This document shows, one piece after another, positions 1 through 9,703 of a stretch of DNA of 48,325 nt. Numbering within the stretch: position 1 is the first letter of the stretch; each line of letters begins with the position of its first letter. Location of the stretch: positions 1-48,325 of the forward strand of contig JAGHCA010000043.1 in NCBI GenBank assembly GCA_021160725.1. The letters are read 5' to 3'. This DNA is from Dehalococcoidia bacterium (GTDB lineage Bacteria; Chloroflexota; Dehalococcoidia; GIF9; AB-539-J10). Position numbers and translations under genes: made by a program. The notes below the pieces were generated by a model. The model did no database searches and was not told the DNA's origin. It saw only the letters and a list, made by a program, of their open reading frames with translations.

Positions 1-2
1 CC

Positions 3-278
3 TTGAGTCGCTGGAGGGAGCCTATCTTAAACCACTTTGATAATGGCACCACCAATGGTTTTACTGAAGGCTGTAATACAAAGATCAAGATGCTAAAGAG
101 AGTCTCTTATGGTCTGAGAAATGTAGAGGTTTACTGGAGGAAAATGCTCCTGGGATTTGTACCATCTCGTAGCTATTTCCACACAATTCGACAAGGAGCC
201 GACTATATCTTGACAAGTCTCGCTGCTAGACGTATGATAGTAAGCCAAAGAAATCCAATTGGAGGTGGTAAACCATGA
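3..278 (+). mobile_element. ISL3-family transposase, C-terminal fragment (5' part lies outside the window)
   Basis: Translation ...NGTTNGFTEGCNTKIKMLKRVSYGLRNVEVYWRKMLL matches the conserved C-terminal block of DDE ISL3 transposases as I remember the family. No IS terminus identified. Confidence 0.6.
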
Positions 279-595
279 CTGAGAAACAAGCAGGGCAACC
301 ATATGCTATGGAAGAAATACTTTCTTTCGACCGCATTAAGAGAGCTATGACAAGCAGGGTTTTGGATAAAATAGAAGATTTATGGCAAGGGAAAAAGCCA
401 ATAAGTGTTGAACAGATGAACGAAGTAATCGCGGATGAATGGCAGAGAGTAAAAGAGGCAGTAAGGTCATCTCCAGCAGCAAGAGAAGCCTTTCGTAAGT
501 ATTTGGAACGTACCATCTCTGAACAAATAGACAAGTTGATGCAAGAAGATAAAGCTGAGTTAGAATCATTGGGCGTTGTAGAGAAGAGTCTATAA
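275..595 (+). CDS. hypothetical protein (106 aa)
   Basis: Open frame whose ATG overlaps the upstream stop (ATGA). Charged helical-looking sequence, no motif recognised. Confidence 0.4.
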   Translation: MTEKQAGQPYAMEEILSFDRIKRAMTSRVLDKIEDLWQGKKPISVEQMNEVIADEWQRVKEAVRSSPAAREAFRKYLERTISEQIDKLMQEDKAELESLGVVEKSL

Positions 596-596
596 A

Positions 597-836
597 TTGG
601 TTTCGCAAGATAAAGCTAATCCAAGCAAACAAGTCAACCGGGAGCTGGATATGAGGCAGTTAGCTAAGCGCCTCGATATGTTAGATGCGAGGCTAGATAA
701 CATGGATTCTATAGTAACATCACTTGTAGAAAGAGTGATGGGAAGGCCTCTTGTTATGGAAGTGAGTTGCCCTAATTGTGGTCAAACTATACAGGTTAAT
801 ATCACCAGCGGTGTAAGGCTGCGAGGTAAAGAATAG
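597..836 (+). CDS. hypothetical small protein with C-terminal CPNCG zinc-ribbon-like knuckle
   Basis: ORF from TTG at 597. An alternative ATG at 651 is preceded by GGAG. Function unknown. Confidence 0.35.
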   Translation: MVSQDKANPSKQVNRELDMRQLAKRLDMLDARLDNMDSIVTSLVERVMGRPLVMEVSCPNCGQTIQVNITSGVRLRGKE

Positions 837-961
837 GCACAGCCGGCATTCTACTTTATCAATGTTTAATTTCTAAGTCGTTCAATGGCAAGTAATCTGC
901 TGATTTTTCTATCTTATTAAAGATTTGCCCTGTTTAGTCATGTTTGCTACAATCACCAAGC

Positions 962-1034
962 GGGCGGTTAGCTCAGTGGTTAGAGCGCTGCGTTGACATC
1001 GCAGAGGTCACTGGTTCAAGTCCAGTACTGCCCA
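962..1034 (+). tRNA. tRNA-Val (anticodon GAC)
   Basis: All four cloverleaf stems pair when folded by hand (GGGCGGT/ACTGCCC acceptor, GCTC/GAGC D, CTGCG/CGCAG anticodon, ACTGG/CCAGT T). Anticodon loop is TTGACAT, T-loop TTCAAGT. No encoded CCA. Confidence 0.9.
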
Positions 1035-1085
1035 TTTTTTGATGAAATCATAGTTGACTTCTGGATTCATACTGAAAGATTCAAG

Positions 1086-2816
1086 ATGAGCTCGAAAAAA
1101 CAGGATGACTACATGGAAAGGATGCGACACTCCGCGTCTCACATCATGGCTGAGGCAGTACAGCACCTTTTCCCCGATGCCAAATTTGGCATCGGGCCGA
1201 CAATTGAAGATGGCTTTTATTATGACTTTGAGTTGCCGCGCCCATTAACACCGGAAGATTTGCCTATAATCGAGAATGAGATGAGGAAGATTATTAGTCA
1301 AAATGTACCATTTATTGCAGATGAGATGAGCAAGGATAAAGCACGTGAGCTTTTTGCTGCTCAGCCTTATAAATTGGAGTTAATTGACGAAATCCCCGAT
1401 AGCAGCGTAACTATCTATAAGCAAGGTTCTTTCATTGATTTATGCCGTGGTCCTCATCTAGCTTCTACCGGTGAGGTAAAGGCATTTAAACTTACTCGTA
1501 TAGCTGGAGCCTACTGGCGTGGTGATGAAAAACGGCCCATGCTACAAAGGATTTATGGTGTGGCTTTTGAAAGCCAGGAAGAGCTTGATAACTATTTTTC
1601 ACGACAAGCTGAAGCCACTAAGCGCGACCATAGGAAGCTGGGCAAAGAACTTGACCTCTTCAGTATTCACGAAGAGATTGGTCCGGGTCTAATTTGCTGG
1701 CACCCCAGAGGTGCTATGATTCGACAAGTTATCGAGGATTTCTGGAAAGCAGAGCACAGAAAGCGAGGCTATGATATCGTTTACACCCCCCACATTGCAA
1801 AGCTAGATTTATGGAAAACTAGCGGGCATTGGGAATTTTATCGAGATTATCTGTTCTCACCGATGGAAATTGAAGGACAGCAATATATGCTGAAGCCTAT
1901 GAATTGTATAGGACATATTCTGATTTATAAAAGTAAATTGCGCAGCTATCGTAATTTACCACTGAGATATGCCGAATTGGGCACAGTATATAGATATGAG
2001 CGAACCGGTGTGCTATATGGTCTTGCCAGAGTCAGGGGATTTACTCAAGATGATGCTCACATTTTTTGCCGACCTGATCAGATTGAAGAGGAAGTGTTGG
2101 AGGTTCTGAATTTGATACAATTCATGATGTCAAGCTTTGGCTTCGATGAGTATGAGTTGTTGTTATCAACGCGTCCCGAGAAGTATGCTGGTACAGTTTC
2201 AATGTGGGAGGAGGCAACAGGATCTTTGAAACACGTTCTAGAGAAACTGGACTTGCATTATGAAATAGACCCCGGCGAGGGGGTTTTCTACGGGCCTAAA
2301 ATTGATATTAAACTCAAAGACGCCTTAGGGCATGTTTGGCAAGGCCCTACCATCCAGGTCGATTTCAATTTGCCACAACGCTTTAATGTCTGCTATATTG
2401 GTGAAGATGGCTTGGAGCATAATGTGGCGATGATACATCGCACAGTTTTGGGTAGCATGGAACGTTTTTTGGCTTGTCTTACAGAGCATTATGGTGGTGC
2501 CTTCCCAGTATGGTTATCGCCGGTTCAAGCACTAATAATCCCCATAGCAGACCGTCATGTTAGCTATGCACATAAGATAGCAAGCAGTTTTAAGAATGAT
2601 GGTATCCGAGTTTGTGTTGACGACCGCTCTGAGAGGATGAATTTGAAAATAAGAGAGGCTCAACTGGAGAAAGTGCCGTATATGCTTATAGTCGGTGATA
2701 AAGAAATGGCTACATCCGGTGTCTCAGTTCGTTTAAGGAGTGGCGAGGATCTGGATATAAAAGCTCCGACAGAAGTTAAGAAGAGAATAAGAGCAGCTAT
2801 TGAGGCTAGGTCATAA
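1086..2816 (+). CDS. thrS: threonine--tRNA ligase (short form starting in the editing domain, no TGS domain)
   Basis: HSASHIMAEAV editing motif, class II core and C-terminal anticodon-binding domain. Start placed at the first ATG after tRNA-Val, because the longer ORF from 993 overlaps the tRNA. Confidence 0.9.
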   Translation: MSSKKQDDYMERMRHSASHIMAEAVQHLFPDAKFGIGPTIEDGFYYDFELPRPLTPEDLPIIENEMRKIISQNVPFIADEMSKDKARELFAAQPYKLELIDEIPDSSVTIYKQGSFIDLCRGPHLASTGEVKAFKLTRIAGAYWRGDEKRPMLQRIYGVAFESQEELDNYFSRQAEATKRDHRKLGKELDLFSIHEEIGPGLICWHPRGAMIRQVIEDFWKAEHRKRGYDIVYTPHIAKLDLWKTSGHWEFYRDYLFSPMEIEGQQYMLKPMNCIGHILIYKSKLRSYRNLPLRYAELGTVYRYERTGVLYGLARVRGFTQDDAHIFCRPDQIEEEVLEVLNLIQFMMSSFGFDEYELLLSTRPEKYAGTVSMWEEATGSLKHVLEKLDLHYEIDPGEGVFYGPKIDIKLKDALGHVWQGPTIQVDFNLPQRFNVCYIGEDGLEHNVAMIHRTVLGSMERFLACLTEHYGGAFPVWLSPVQALIIPIADRHVSYAHKIASSFKNDGIRVCVDDRSERMNLKIREAQLEKVPYMLIVGDKEMATSGVSVRLRSGEDLDIKAPTEVKKRIRAAIEARS

Positions 2817-2845
2817 ATACTACTCCAGGAGGTAGAAAGGGCATA

Positions 2846-3385
2846 ATTAAAGAATTACCAATTAACGAGAGAATCAGAGCTAGAGAAGTTCGCCTCATTG
2901 GAGAAGACGGGAAGCAGTTTGGCGTAGTTCCTCTGCAAAAAGCATTACAAGCTGCTCGTGAGCGCGGCCTTGATTTGGTGCTGGTAGCAGTAGCGAATCC
3001 GCCAGTATGCCGCCTTCTTGATTATGGCAAATATAAGTATGAACAATCCAAAAAAGAACGCAGAGCCAAGAAGAGCCAGAAAGTTGGCTTGCTCAAGGAG
3101 GTTCGTTTAAGACCAAAGATAGAGGAACATGATTTACAGGCAAAAATTAGAACGACAAAGAAATTATTGGAGCAAGGCAATAAAGTAAAGTTAGTATTGA
3201 GGTTTAGAGGACGTGAAGTTGTTTATCCTGAACTGGGTTGGAAGGTGCTGCGTAAAGTAGTTGAAGCCTCGAAAAATATAGCTGTAGTAAGCAGTTCCGC
3301 TAATGACCAGAGGAGTATAGCCTTGGTCTTATCCCCGGTTTCTCTCAAAAAGGCAAAGGAGACAGAGACAGATGCCAAAACTTAA
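2846..3385 (+). CDS. infC: translation initiation factor IF-3 (non-AUG start: ATT 2846 or ATA 2843)
   Basis: The conserved N-terminal sequence KELPINERIRAREVRLIGEDGKQFGVV lies upstream of the first ATG/GTG/TTG in frame. GGAGG at 2828-2832. The 3' end overlaps the rpmI start. Confidence 0.85.
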   Translation: MKELPINERIRAREVRLIGEDGKQFGVVPLQKALQAARERGLDLVLVAVANPPVCRLLDYGKYKYEQSKKERRAKKSQKVGLLKEVRLRPKIEEHDLQAKIRTTKKLLEQGNKVKLVLRFRGREVVYPELGWKVLRKVVEASKNIAVVSSSANDQRSIALVLSPVSLKKAKETETDAKT

Positions 3386-3569
3386 AACTCATAAAGGAGC
3401 GAGGAGCCGCTTTCATGTAACAGGTAGTGGCAAGCTCATGCGTGCTAAATGCGGTAAAAGTCACTTAAGACGGAAAAAGGCTCCTAGAACTAAGCGCCTC
3501 TACGATGAAATGATCATGACATCCTCAGCGGATAAGAAGAGAGTAAAGAGACTTTTGCCCTATAAATAG
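3372..3569 (+). CDS. rpmI: 50S ribosomal protein L35
   Basis: MPKLKTHKGA...RFHVTGSGK signature. Sits in the infC-rpmI-rplT context. Confidence 0.9.
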   Translation: MPKLKTHKGARSRFHVTGSGKLMRAKCGKSHLRRKKAPRTKRLYDEMIMTSSADKKRVKRLLPYK

Positions 3570-3583
3570 TTGAAGGAGGAGAA

Positions 3584-3916
3584 ATGCTAGGTCTTTTAAT
3601 TCCCATTTTTGGCATAGTCTTTGGTTGTGGAATAGCTTTACTGGCAATCTGGACTGAATACAAGAGAGATAGAGCCTTAATCGAGAAGGGATTATATCAG
3701 CCCGAAAAACCAAGGCCGTTGGGCCCTCCCGGTTGGGGATTTCTAATCGTTGGTTCTATCATGGCTGGGGTAGGCTTAGCACTCATTGTTAGTACTGTTG
3801 TTTTCCAAATAGGCAAAGCGACTGGTATACCTGGATTCATTTTTCTATTTATTGGTATTGCGCTGTTGCTAATTTCTTTTGTTGCTAAAAAGAAAGATAC
3901 AATGTCCAAAAGTTAA
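3584..3916 (+). CDS. small integral membrane protein (about 3 TM helices), unknown function
   Basis: Strong SD (GAAGGAGGAG) 5 nt before the ATG. Three long hydrophobic stretches separated by the charged segment EYKRDRALIEKG. Confidence 0.65.
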   Translation: MLGLLIPIFGIVFGCGIALLAIWTEYKRDRALIEKGLYQPEKPRPLGPPGWGFLIVGSIMAGVGLALIVSTVVFQIGKATGIPGFIFLFIGIALLLISFVAKKKDTMSKS

Positions 3917-3928
3917 AGGAGGAAGAAC

Positions 3929-4294
3929 TTGCCACGAGCCAGAAGCGGAAAAGTCACCCACAAGCGACATAAAAAAGTACTCGAGCTGACTAAGGGACAT
4001 CGAGCGGCTAGACACAAGCTTTATAGAATTGCTCACGAGTCCATGCTTCATGCCTTAGATTATTCCTATCGTCATCGTCGCGAGCGAAAAGGTGATTTCA
4101 GGAAGCTATGGATTGCGCGCATTAATGCTGCAGCACGGGAGAGAGGACTTACATATAATCAATTTGTGGCGGGATTGAAAAAAACAAATGTAGAAATCAA
4201 CCGCAAGATGTTAGCTGAGATGGCAGTTAAAGACCCTGCAGGATTTGATACATTAGCAGCTTCGATAATCGAGAGTAACTCGTCTCGCCCGTAA
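3929..4294 (+). CDS. rplT: 50S ribosomal protein L20 (TTG start)
   Basis: [32 protein letters not shown] is typical L20. AGGAGG lies upstream of the TTG. Confidence 0.9.
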   Translation: MPRARSGKVTHKRHKKVLELTKGHRAARHKLYRIAHESMLHALDYSYRHRRERKGDFRKLWIARINAAARERGLTYNQFVAGLKKTNVEINRKMLAEMAVKDPAGFDTLAASIIESNSSRP

Positions 4295-4353
4295 TGATGT
4301 TACGCTTGAGAATTCTAGGAATTTTGAACAAGGATAACATTACTTGACAGTCA

Positions 4354-5388
4354 ATGCTGAAGCAACTCAGAGATCTTCACGCGCAAGCTCTCGATGAGCT
4401 AGATAAAGTTGATAATTCTCGAGAGCTAGAGTTGTGGCGTGTTCGTCACCTAGGGAAGAAAAGCACTTTAACTGAAATTCTACGTTCTTTGGCTACTTTG
4501 CCCCTGGAAGAACGACCCAAAATAGGCGCACTAGCTAACGAAATTAAGAAAACTTTAGAGTCAAGCCTGGAAGAGAAGAAAAAATTACTACAGGAGGCTC
4601 TTTTGAGCTCTCCTCAAAAATCAGCAAGATTAGATGTTACCTTGCCTGGTCGGGCTCTACCGATAGGTCGTCTTCACCCCACCACTCAAATACTTAATGA
4701 AATTTGTGATGTTTTCAAAAACATGGGCTTTCAAGTAATTGAAGGACCCGACGTGGAGTGGGATTACTACAACTTTGAAGCCCTAAATATTCCTGAGCAC
4801 CATCCGGCACGGGAAATGTTTGCTACCCTATGGATAGATACAGATGTGGGAGGCAAAGCCAGACTTTTGCGCACCCACACTTCCCCAATGCAGATCAGGA
4901 TGATGGAGAGAGAACGTCCGCCAATAAGAGTTATAGTACCGGGGCGAGCTTACAGGTATGAAGCGACTGATGCCACTCATGAGTCGATGTTTTATCAGGT
5001 TGAAGGTTTAGCTGTGGATAAGGGCATCACCCTGGCTGATTTAAAAGGCACTTTATTTGACTTATGCCGCTGCCTTTTTGGTGAGGAACGGAAAGTGCGC
5101 TTCCGCTGCGATTACTTTCCTTTTGTGGAACCAGGAGTGGAGGTGGCTATAGGATGTTCAGGTTGCGATGGAGCTGGCTGCCGGTTGTGTGGCTACAGCG
5201 GCTGGATTGAAATATTGGGAGCGGGGATGGTGCATCCCGACGTCCTGGCACGCGTCGATATCGATCCCGAGCTTTACAGTGGTTTTGCTTTCGGGCTGGG
5301 GGTCGAGCGTATACCTATGCTGCACTATGGTATAGACGACATCCGCCTCTTTTATAGCAATGACCTCAGATTTTTGAGGCAGTTCTAA
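4354..5388 (+). CDS. pheS: phenylalanine--tRNA ligase alpha subunit
   Basis: Class II motifs ([29 protein letters not shown]). Confidence 0.93.
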   Translation: MLKQLRDLHAQALDELDKVDNSRELELWRVRHLGKKSTLTEILRSLATLPLEERPKIGALANEIKKTLESSLEEKKKLLQEALLSSPQKSARLDVTLPGRALPIGRLHPTTQILNEICDVFKNMGFQVIEGPDVEWDYYNFEALNIPEHHPAREMFATLWIDTDVGGKARLLRTHTSPMQIRMMERERPPIRVIVPGRAYRYEATDATHESMFYQVEGLAVDKGITLADLKGTLFDLCRCLFGEERKVRFRCDYFPFVEPGVEVAIGCSGCDGAGCRLCGYSGWIEILGAGMVHPDVLARVDIDPELYSGFAFGLGVERIPMLHYGIDDIRLFYSNDLRFLRQF

Positions 5389-5404
5389 ATTTTAAGGTAA
5401 CAAC

Positions 5405-7864
5405 ATGAAAGTTTCTCTCAAATGGCTCAGGGATTATGTTGACATAATACTTCCACCCAAAGAATTAGCTGAAAGATTAACCATGGCTGGTATGGAGGTC
5501 AAAGCCATACATACCATTGGCAACACCTGGGACAAGATGGTGATAGGGGAGGTGGTAGCTGTAAATCCTCATCCTAATGCCGACCGCCTTAAGTTAGCCA
5601 CAGTTGAACTTGGCACTGAACAAATCACTGTAGTGTGTGGTGCCCCCAATGTCAGAGTTGGCCAGAAGGTTCCCTTTGCGCATGTAGGAGCCCGGCTTAT
5701 AAATGGTCATACCGGAGAAGCTATGTCTCTAAAACCGGCTAAAATTCGTGGCGTAGTTTCCGCAGGCATGATTTGCTCCGAGAAGGAGCTGGGGATTTCT
5801 GAGAATCACGAAGAGATTTTGGTATTGCCTCCAGACGCGCCCATAGGCATGGCTCTTAGTGCTTACCTGGGCGATGTAATTTTTGACTTAGATATAACAC
5901 CTAACCGCCCGGATTGCTTATCGGTAATCGGTATTGCAAGAGAGATTGCGGCTTTAACCGGTGAACCACTCCGTTTGCCCGAAATTCATTATACCGAACT
6001 AGAAGATTCAATAGGCTCTTTTGCTTCTGTTGACATAGCAGAGCCAAACCTATGTCCCAGGTACTGTGCTAGTTTAATCACCGGAATTAAGATAGCCCCT
6101 TCCCCGAGCTGGCTACAGCGCCGTCTGAATAGCTATGGAATGCGTCCCATTAACAACGTGGTTGATATCACTAATTATGTGATGCTGGAATATGGACAGC
6201 CTTTGCACGCTTTTGATTATCATAAGCTCAAGGGGAAACAGATTATCGTTCGCAGAGCCGGAAATGGTGAAACCATAACTTCGCTCGATGGAACAAAGCG
6301 CACTCTTAGCTCGGATATATTGGTTATCGCCGATAAAGAAGAGGCTGTTGCTGTAGCCGGAATCATTGGTGGTCTGAATTCTGAAGTTACAGACAAAACT
6401 GATACTATCCTCCTGGAGTCAGCAAATTTTGACCAAGCAGTCATTCATCGAGGCTGTGGGTATCTACAACTTCAGAGCGAAGCCTCGGTTCGTTTTGGCA
6501 AAGGGCTTAATAGTGAGCTTCCGCCATTGCCTCTGAAGCGTGCTACTCAATTAATACTAGAGCTAGCCGGCGGCAGAGCAGCCAAGGGTGTAATTGATGT
6601 TTATCCCGGAAAATCAGCCCCAAAGCTCATATCACTCACCGCCCGGGAGGTGGAGCGCCTTTCAGGCTTGAAGGTCAATATTGCTGAAGTTATTAAGGTC
6701 TTAAAAGCTTTGGGCTTTGAGTGCCAAGAGAGCAATTCAGATTTGCAGATTTCGACGTCCAGTCCTTATTGGCGCAGCGACATTAAATGTTCTGCTGACC
6801 TTGTGGAGGAAGTAGTTCGCATCATTGGTTATGAAAAAATCCCAATTACCAGACTCAGTTCTCCTTTACCTTCACAAAAGTCAAAACTGTCACCAGCAAT
6901 CCGGCAAAGGGACTTCAAGGATAAATTGCGCAATATTCTGACTGGCTTTGGCTTCCAAGAGATATTGACTTATTCGCTGGTCAGCCTGAAAAATTTGCAA
7001 AATCTTTCCCCAAATCTTAAGTTGAAAACTATGCCGTTAAAGGTAGCTAACCCTATGACGAGGGAACAAGAATATCTGCGTATCACTTTACGGGCTGGTC
7101 TGCTGTCCACATTAGCACATAACCAAAAATTTGAATCGGCAGGCATAAGACTGTTTGAAATTGGCAAGGTATTCTTACCGCAGCACCCTCCTGTCATTGC
7201 AAGCGAAGCGAAGCAATCTCAAGTAGAAAGGGAACTACCCAAGGAAAAAGAGATGCTCTGTGCTGTACTCAGCGGATTAAGATCGGAATTATCCTGGCAT
7301 ACTACCAAAGAGGTGCTCGATTTCTTTGACGCCAAAGGGATAGTGGAAAATATCTTGAACCAATTGGGGTTGAAGGTGAGTTTTGATATTAGTGATGATG
7401 AAACTTTATTCCCGGGAAGAGGAGCTAACGTAATCGCTGAAGGTGACAAGGTGGGTATTGTAGGAGAGTTACATCCTAAAGTGGGACAAGCCTTTGAGCT
7501 TTCTGGCACTGCTTGCCTTATAGAAATTGACTTGGAAAAAGTGTTGACCAAAATTACGGATATAAAGAGATACCAACCTATTCCGCGGTTTCCTAGTGTA
7601 ACCAGGGATATCGCTTTAGTAGTAGATGAGCAAGTTAACTATGGAAGAGTAGAAGAAATAATCCAAAGGTTTCCACTGGTAACAAAGGTAACTCTCTTTG
7701 ACCTCTATCACGGGGAGCAAATACCCCAGGGCAAGAAATCTTTTGCCATAAGGATTATCTACCAGTCGCCCAGCCATACCTTGACCGACGAAGAAGTTGA
7801 CCAAACCCAAGAACAGATGCTCGCTAGGCTAAATCAGGAACTGGGCGCTACTCTGCGGGACTGA
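5405..7864 (+). CDS. pheT: phenylalanine--tRNA ligase beta subunit
   Basis: MKVSLKWLRDYV N-terminus, tRNA-binding, B3/4, B5 and FDX-ACB domain order. Adjacent to pheS. Confidence 0.93.
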   Translation: MKVSLKWLRDYVDIILPPKELAERLTMAGMEVKAIHTIGNTWDKMVIGEVVAVNPHPNADRLKLATVELGTEQITVVCGAPNVRVGQKVPFAHVGARLINGHTGEAMSLKPAKIRGVVSAGMICSEKELGISENHEEILVLPPDAPIGMALSAYLGDVIFDLDITPNRPDCLSVIGIAREIAALTGEPLRLPEIHYTELEDSIGSFASVDIAEPNLCPRYCASLITGIKIAPSPSWLQRRLNSYGMRPINNVVDITNYVMLEYGQPLHAFDYHKLKGKQIIVRRAGNGETITSLDGTKRTLSSDILVIADKEEAVAVAGIIGGLNSEVTDKTDTILLESANFDQAVIHRGCGYLQLQSEASVRFGKGLNSELPPLPLKRATQLILELAGGRAAKGVIDVYPGKSAPKLISLTAREVERLSGLKVNIAEVIKVLKALGFECQESNSDLQISTSSPYWRSDIKCSADLVEEVVRIIGYEKIPITRLSSPLPSQKSKLSPAIRQRDFKDKLRNILTGFGFQEILTYSLVSLKNLQNLSPNLKLKTMPLKVANPMTREQEYLRITLRAGLLSTLAHNQKFESAGIRLFEIGKVFLPQHPPVIASEAKQSQVERELPKEKEMLCAVLSGLRSELSWHTTKEVLDFFDAKGIVENILNQLGLKVSFDISDDETLFPGRGANVIAEGDKVGIVGELHPKVGQAFELSGTACLIEIDLEKVLTKITDIKRYQPIPRFPSVTRDIALVVDEQVNYGRVEEIIQRFPLVTKVTLFDLYHGEQIPQGKKSFAIRIIYQSPSHTLTDEEVDQTQEQMLARLNQELGATLRD

Positions 7865-7976
7865 GTTGGTCAAGGAAGGGTAAAACATCTATATTTATAT
7901 CTAGCCATAGCTTGCTTTATTTTTGGAGCATTTTGATATACCTTGCTGCTCGACTACAACAGTAAGCTAAAGCCGA

Positions 7977-9692
7977 TTAGGATTGCGAGCTCGCAGTCTC
8001 GTCTAGAAGCTTCTTCACCCGTACCGCCAAATTATCCAAAGGCAAAAGCTGGACTTCTTTCTCCCTGCGCCACTTAGCCTCTACACTCTGGCTCTGTAAA
8101 GTGCGTGGAGACAAGGTCAATCGCAGTGGTATTCCCATAAGATCAGCATCGTTGAATTTGATGCCGGGGGAATCATCACGGTCATCAAAAAGCACTTCGA
8201 TGCCTTCGCTCTGTAATTCTTGATAAATTTTCTCTGCCGTAGGGAGGACTGCTGACTTCTCCAAATTCAGAGGGCAAAGGTAGACTTGGTATGGAGCGAT
8301 ACAGAACGGCCAGATGATACCTTTGTCGTCGTGGCTTTGCTCCACTATAGCTGCCAACAGACGCCCCAGTCCAATGCCGTAACTGCCCATAACGATAGGT
8401 TGGGATTTGCCATCCTTATCTAAGAAAGATGCCCCGAATTTCTCACTGATGAAGGTTCCCAGCTTGAACACGTGGCCCACTTCGATGCTTCGGGTACAGG
8501 AAAGTTTGTTGCCACACTTGGGGCAGCTATCGCCGGAGCGTGCCAGGGCGATATCAGCCATGAGGTCAACCTGGAAGTCTCTGGGGAAGTTGGCATTCCT
8601 GAAATGATATCCCGGCTTATTAGCGCCAACCACGAAGTTGGAGCCCAGAGTTATAGAATCATCAGCCACAACCTTGATTCTCTTGACATCGATGGGTGAA
8701 GCAAATCCAGCTACAAGTCCGGCTTCGCCTACCTCTTCTTCCGTGGCTAATCGAAGGTCAGAACATTTTAGCTTATTTCTTAGTTTCGTTTCGTTGACTT
8801 CTAAATCACCCCGAATGACAACAAAGACAAATTCCCCGTCAGCATAGTAAAACACAGCCTTAAGAGTTTGACTTGATGGTACACCCAGGAAACCCGCTAC
8901 TTCCTCTATAGTTTTTGTCGCCGGCGTGGCTATTTCTTCCAAAGGGAGCATGAATTCAGCATTGGTTCTTGTCTTTATAAATTGAGCCTTCTCGGCATTG
9001 GCGGCATATCCACAGTTGGAACAATAGGTGACTTCGTCCTCACCATCCTCAGTGAGGACCATGAACTCGTGGGAGTCCTTGCCCCCTATAGCACCGCTAT
9101 CAGCCTCCACCATCAACGCCGGCAAGCTGAGACGAGCATAGATGTTCTTGTAAGCCTGGCACATCTTCTGGTAACTCTCATCCAGTCCAGCTTCATCAGC
9201 ATCAAGGCTGTAAAGATCTTTCATGATAAACTCGCGGACTCTTAACAAGCCGCCGCGAGGTCGGGGTTCATCACGAAGCTTGGTCTGTATTTGATAGGGC
9301 AGGAGAGGAAGGTCGCGATAGCTCTTCACATAGCGGCGGGCAAGGTCAGCGACGACTTCCTCGTGTGTCGGTCCCAGAGCCAGCCGACGCTCTTTGCGAT
9401 CGGTCAAAGTGAATAGAGACTTGCCGAAAGACATGTACCGGCCTGATTGCTGCCACAGCTCAAGAGGTTGTAACACGGGGAGCATCAATTCCTGTCCGCC
9501 AGCCTTATCCATTTCCTCTCTGATTATGTTCTCTATCTTTTTTAGTACCCGCCAGCCCATAGGCAAGTAACAGTAAATTCCGGCTGCCTCCTGAGCAATC
9601 ATACCGCTTCTGAGCAATAGCTGATGGCTTACGCTCTCCGCCTCTGCCGGCGTTTCTCTTAAAGTCTTGCCAAAAAGTTTAGAAAAGCGCAT
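7977..9692 (-). CDS. proS: proline--tRNA ligase (bacterial type with INS editing domain)
   Basis: MRFSKLFGKTLRE N-terminus, class II motifs, about 570 aa. Confidence 0.92.
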   Translation of the reverse strand: MRFSKLFGKTLRETPAEAESVSHQLLLRSGMIAQEAAGIYCYLPMGWRVLKKIENIIREEMDKAGGQELMLPVLQPLELWQQSGRYMSFGKSLFTLTDRKERRLALGPTHEEVVADLARRYVKSYRDLPLLPYQIQTKLRDEPRPRGGLLRVREFIMKDLYSLDADEAGLDESYQKMCQAYKNIYARLSLPALMVEADSGAIGGKDSHEFMVLTEDGEDEVTYCSNCGYAANAEKAQFIKTRTNAEFMLPLEEIATPATKTIEEVAGFLGVPSSQTLKAVFYYADGEFVFVVIRGDLEVNETKLRNKLKCSDLRLATEEEVGEAGLVAGFASPIDVKRIKVVADDSITLGSNFVVGANKPGYHFRNANFPRDFQVDLMADIALARSGDSCPKCGNKLSCTRSIEVGHVFKLGTFISEKFGASFLDKDGKSQPIVMGSYGIGLGRLLAAIVEQSHDDKGIIWPFCIAPYQVYLCPLNLEKSAVLPTAEKIYQELQSEGIEVLFDDRDDSPGIKFNDADLMGIPLRLTLSPRTLQSQSVEAKWRREKEVQLLPLDNLAVRVKKLLDETASSQS

Positions 9693-9703
9693 TGTTTCTA
9701 CCT

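Noticed and set aside
993-1085. N-terminal extension of the thrS ORF (MTSQRSLVQVQYCPFF...)
   Set aside because: It is translated from the 3' half of tRNA-Val and its trailer. The conserved ThrRS sequence begins at the ATG at 1086.
1086-2816. ThrRS lacking the N-terminal TGS domain as a possible truncated pseudogene
   Set aside because: The frame is intact, and the editing motif (HSASH), catalytic core and anticodon-binding domain are all present. Short ThrRS forms exist in several lineages, so this is not treated as a defect.
3776-3802. A second TTAGCACTC (CIRCE left arm) inside the membrane ORF between rpmI and rplT
   Set aside because: The sequence 9 nt downstream (ACTGTTGTT) does not match the right arm GAGTGCTAA. 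It is a single 9-mer inside a coding region and probably chance.
4295-4353. T-box leaders upstream of the aminoacyl-tRNA synthetase genes (thrS, pheS, proS)
   Set aside because: The upstream spacers are about 50-60 nt or the genes are operon-internal. That is too short for a T-box (about 200 nt), and no specifier or T-box sequence was seen.
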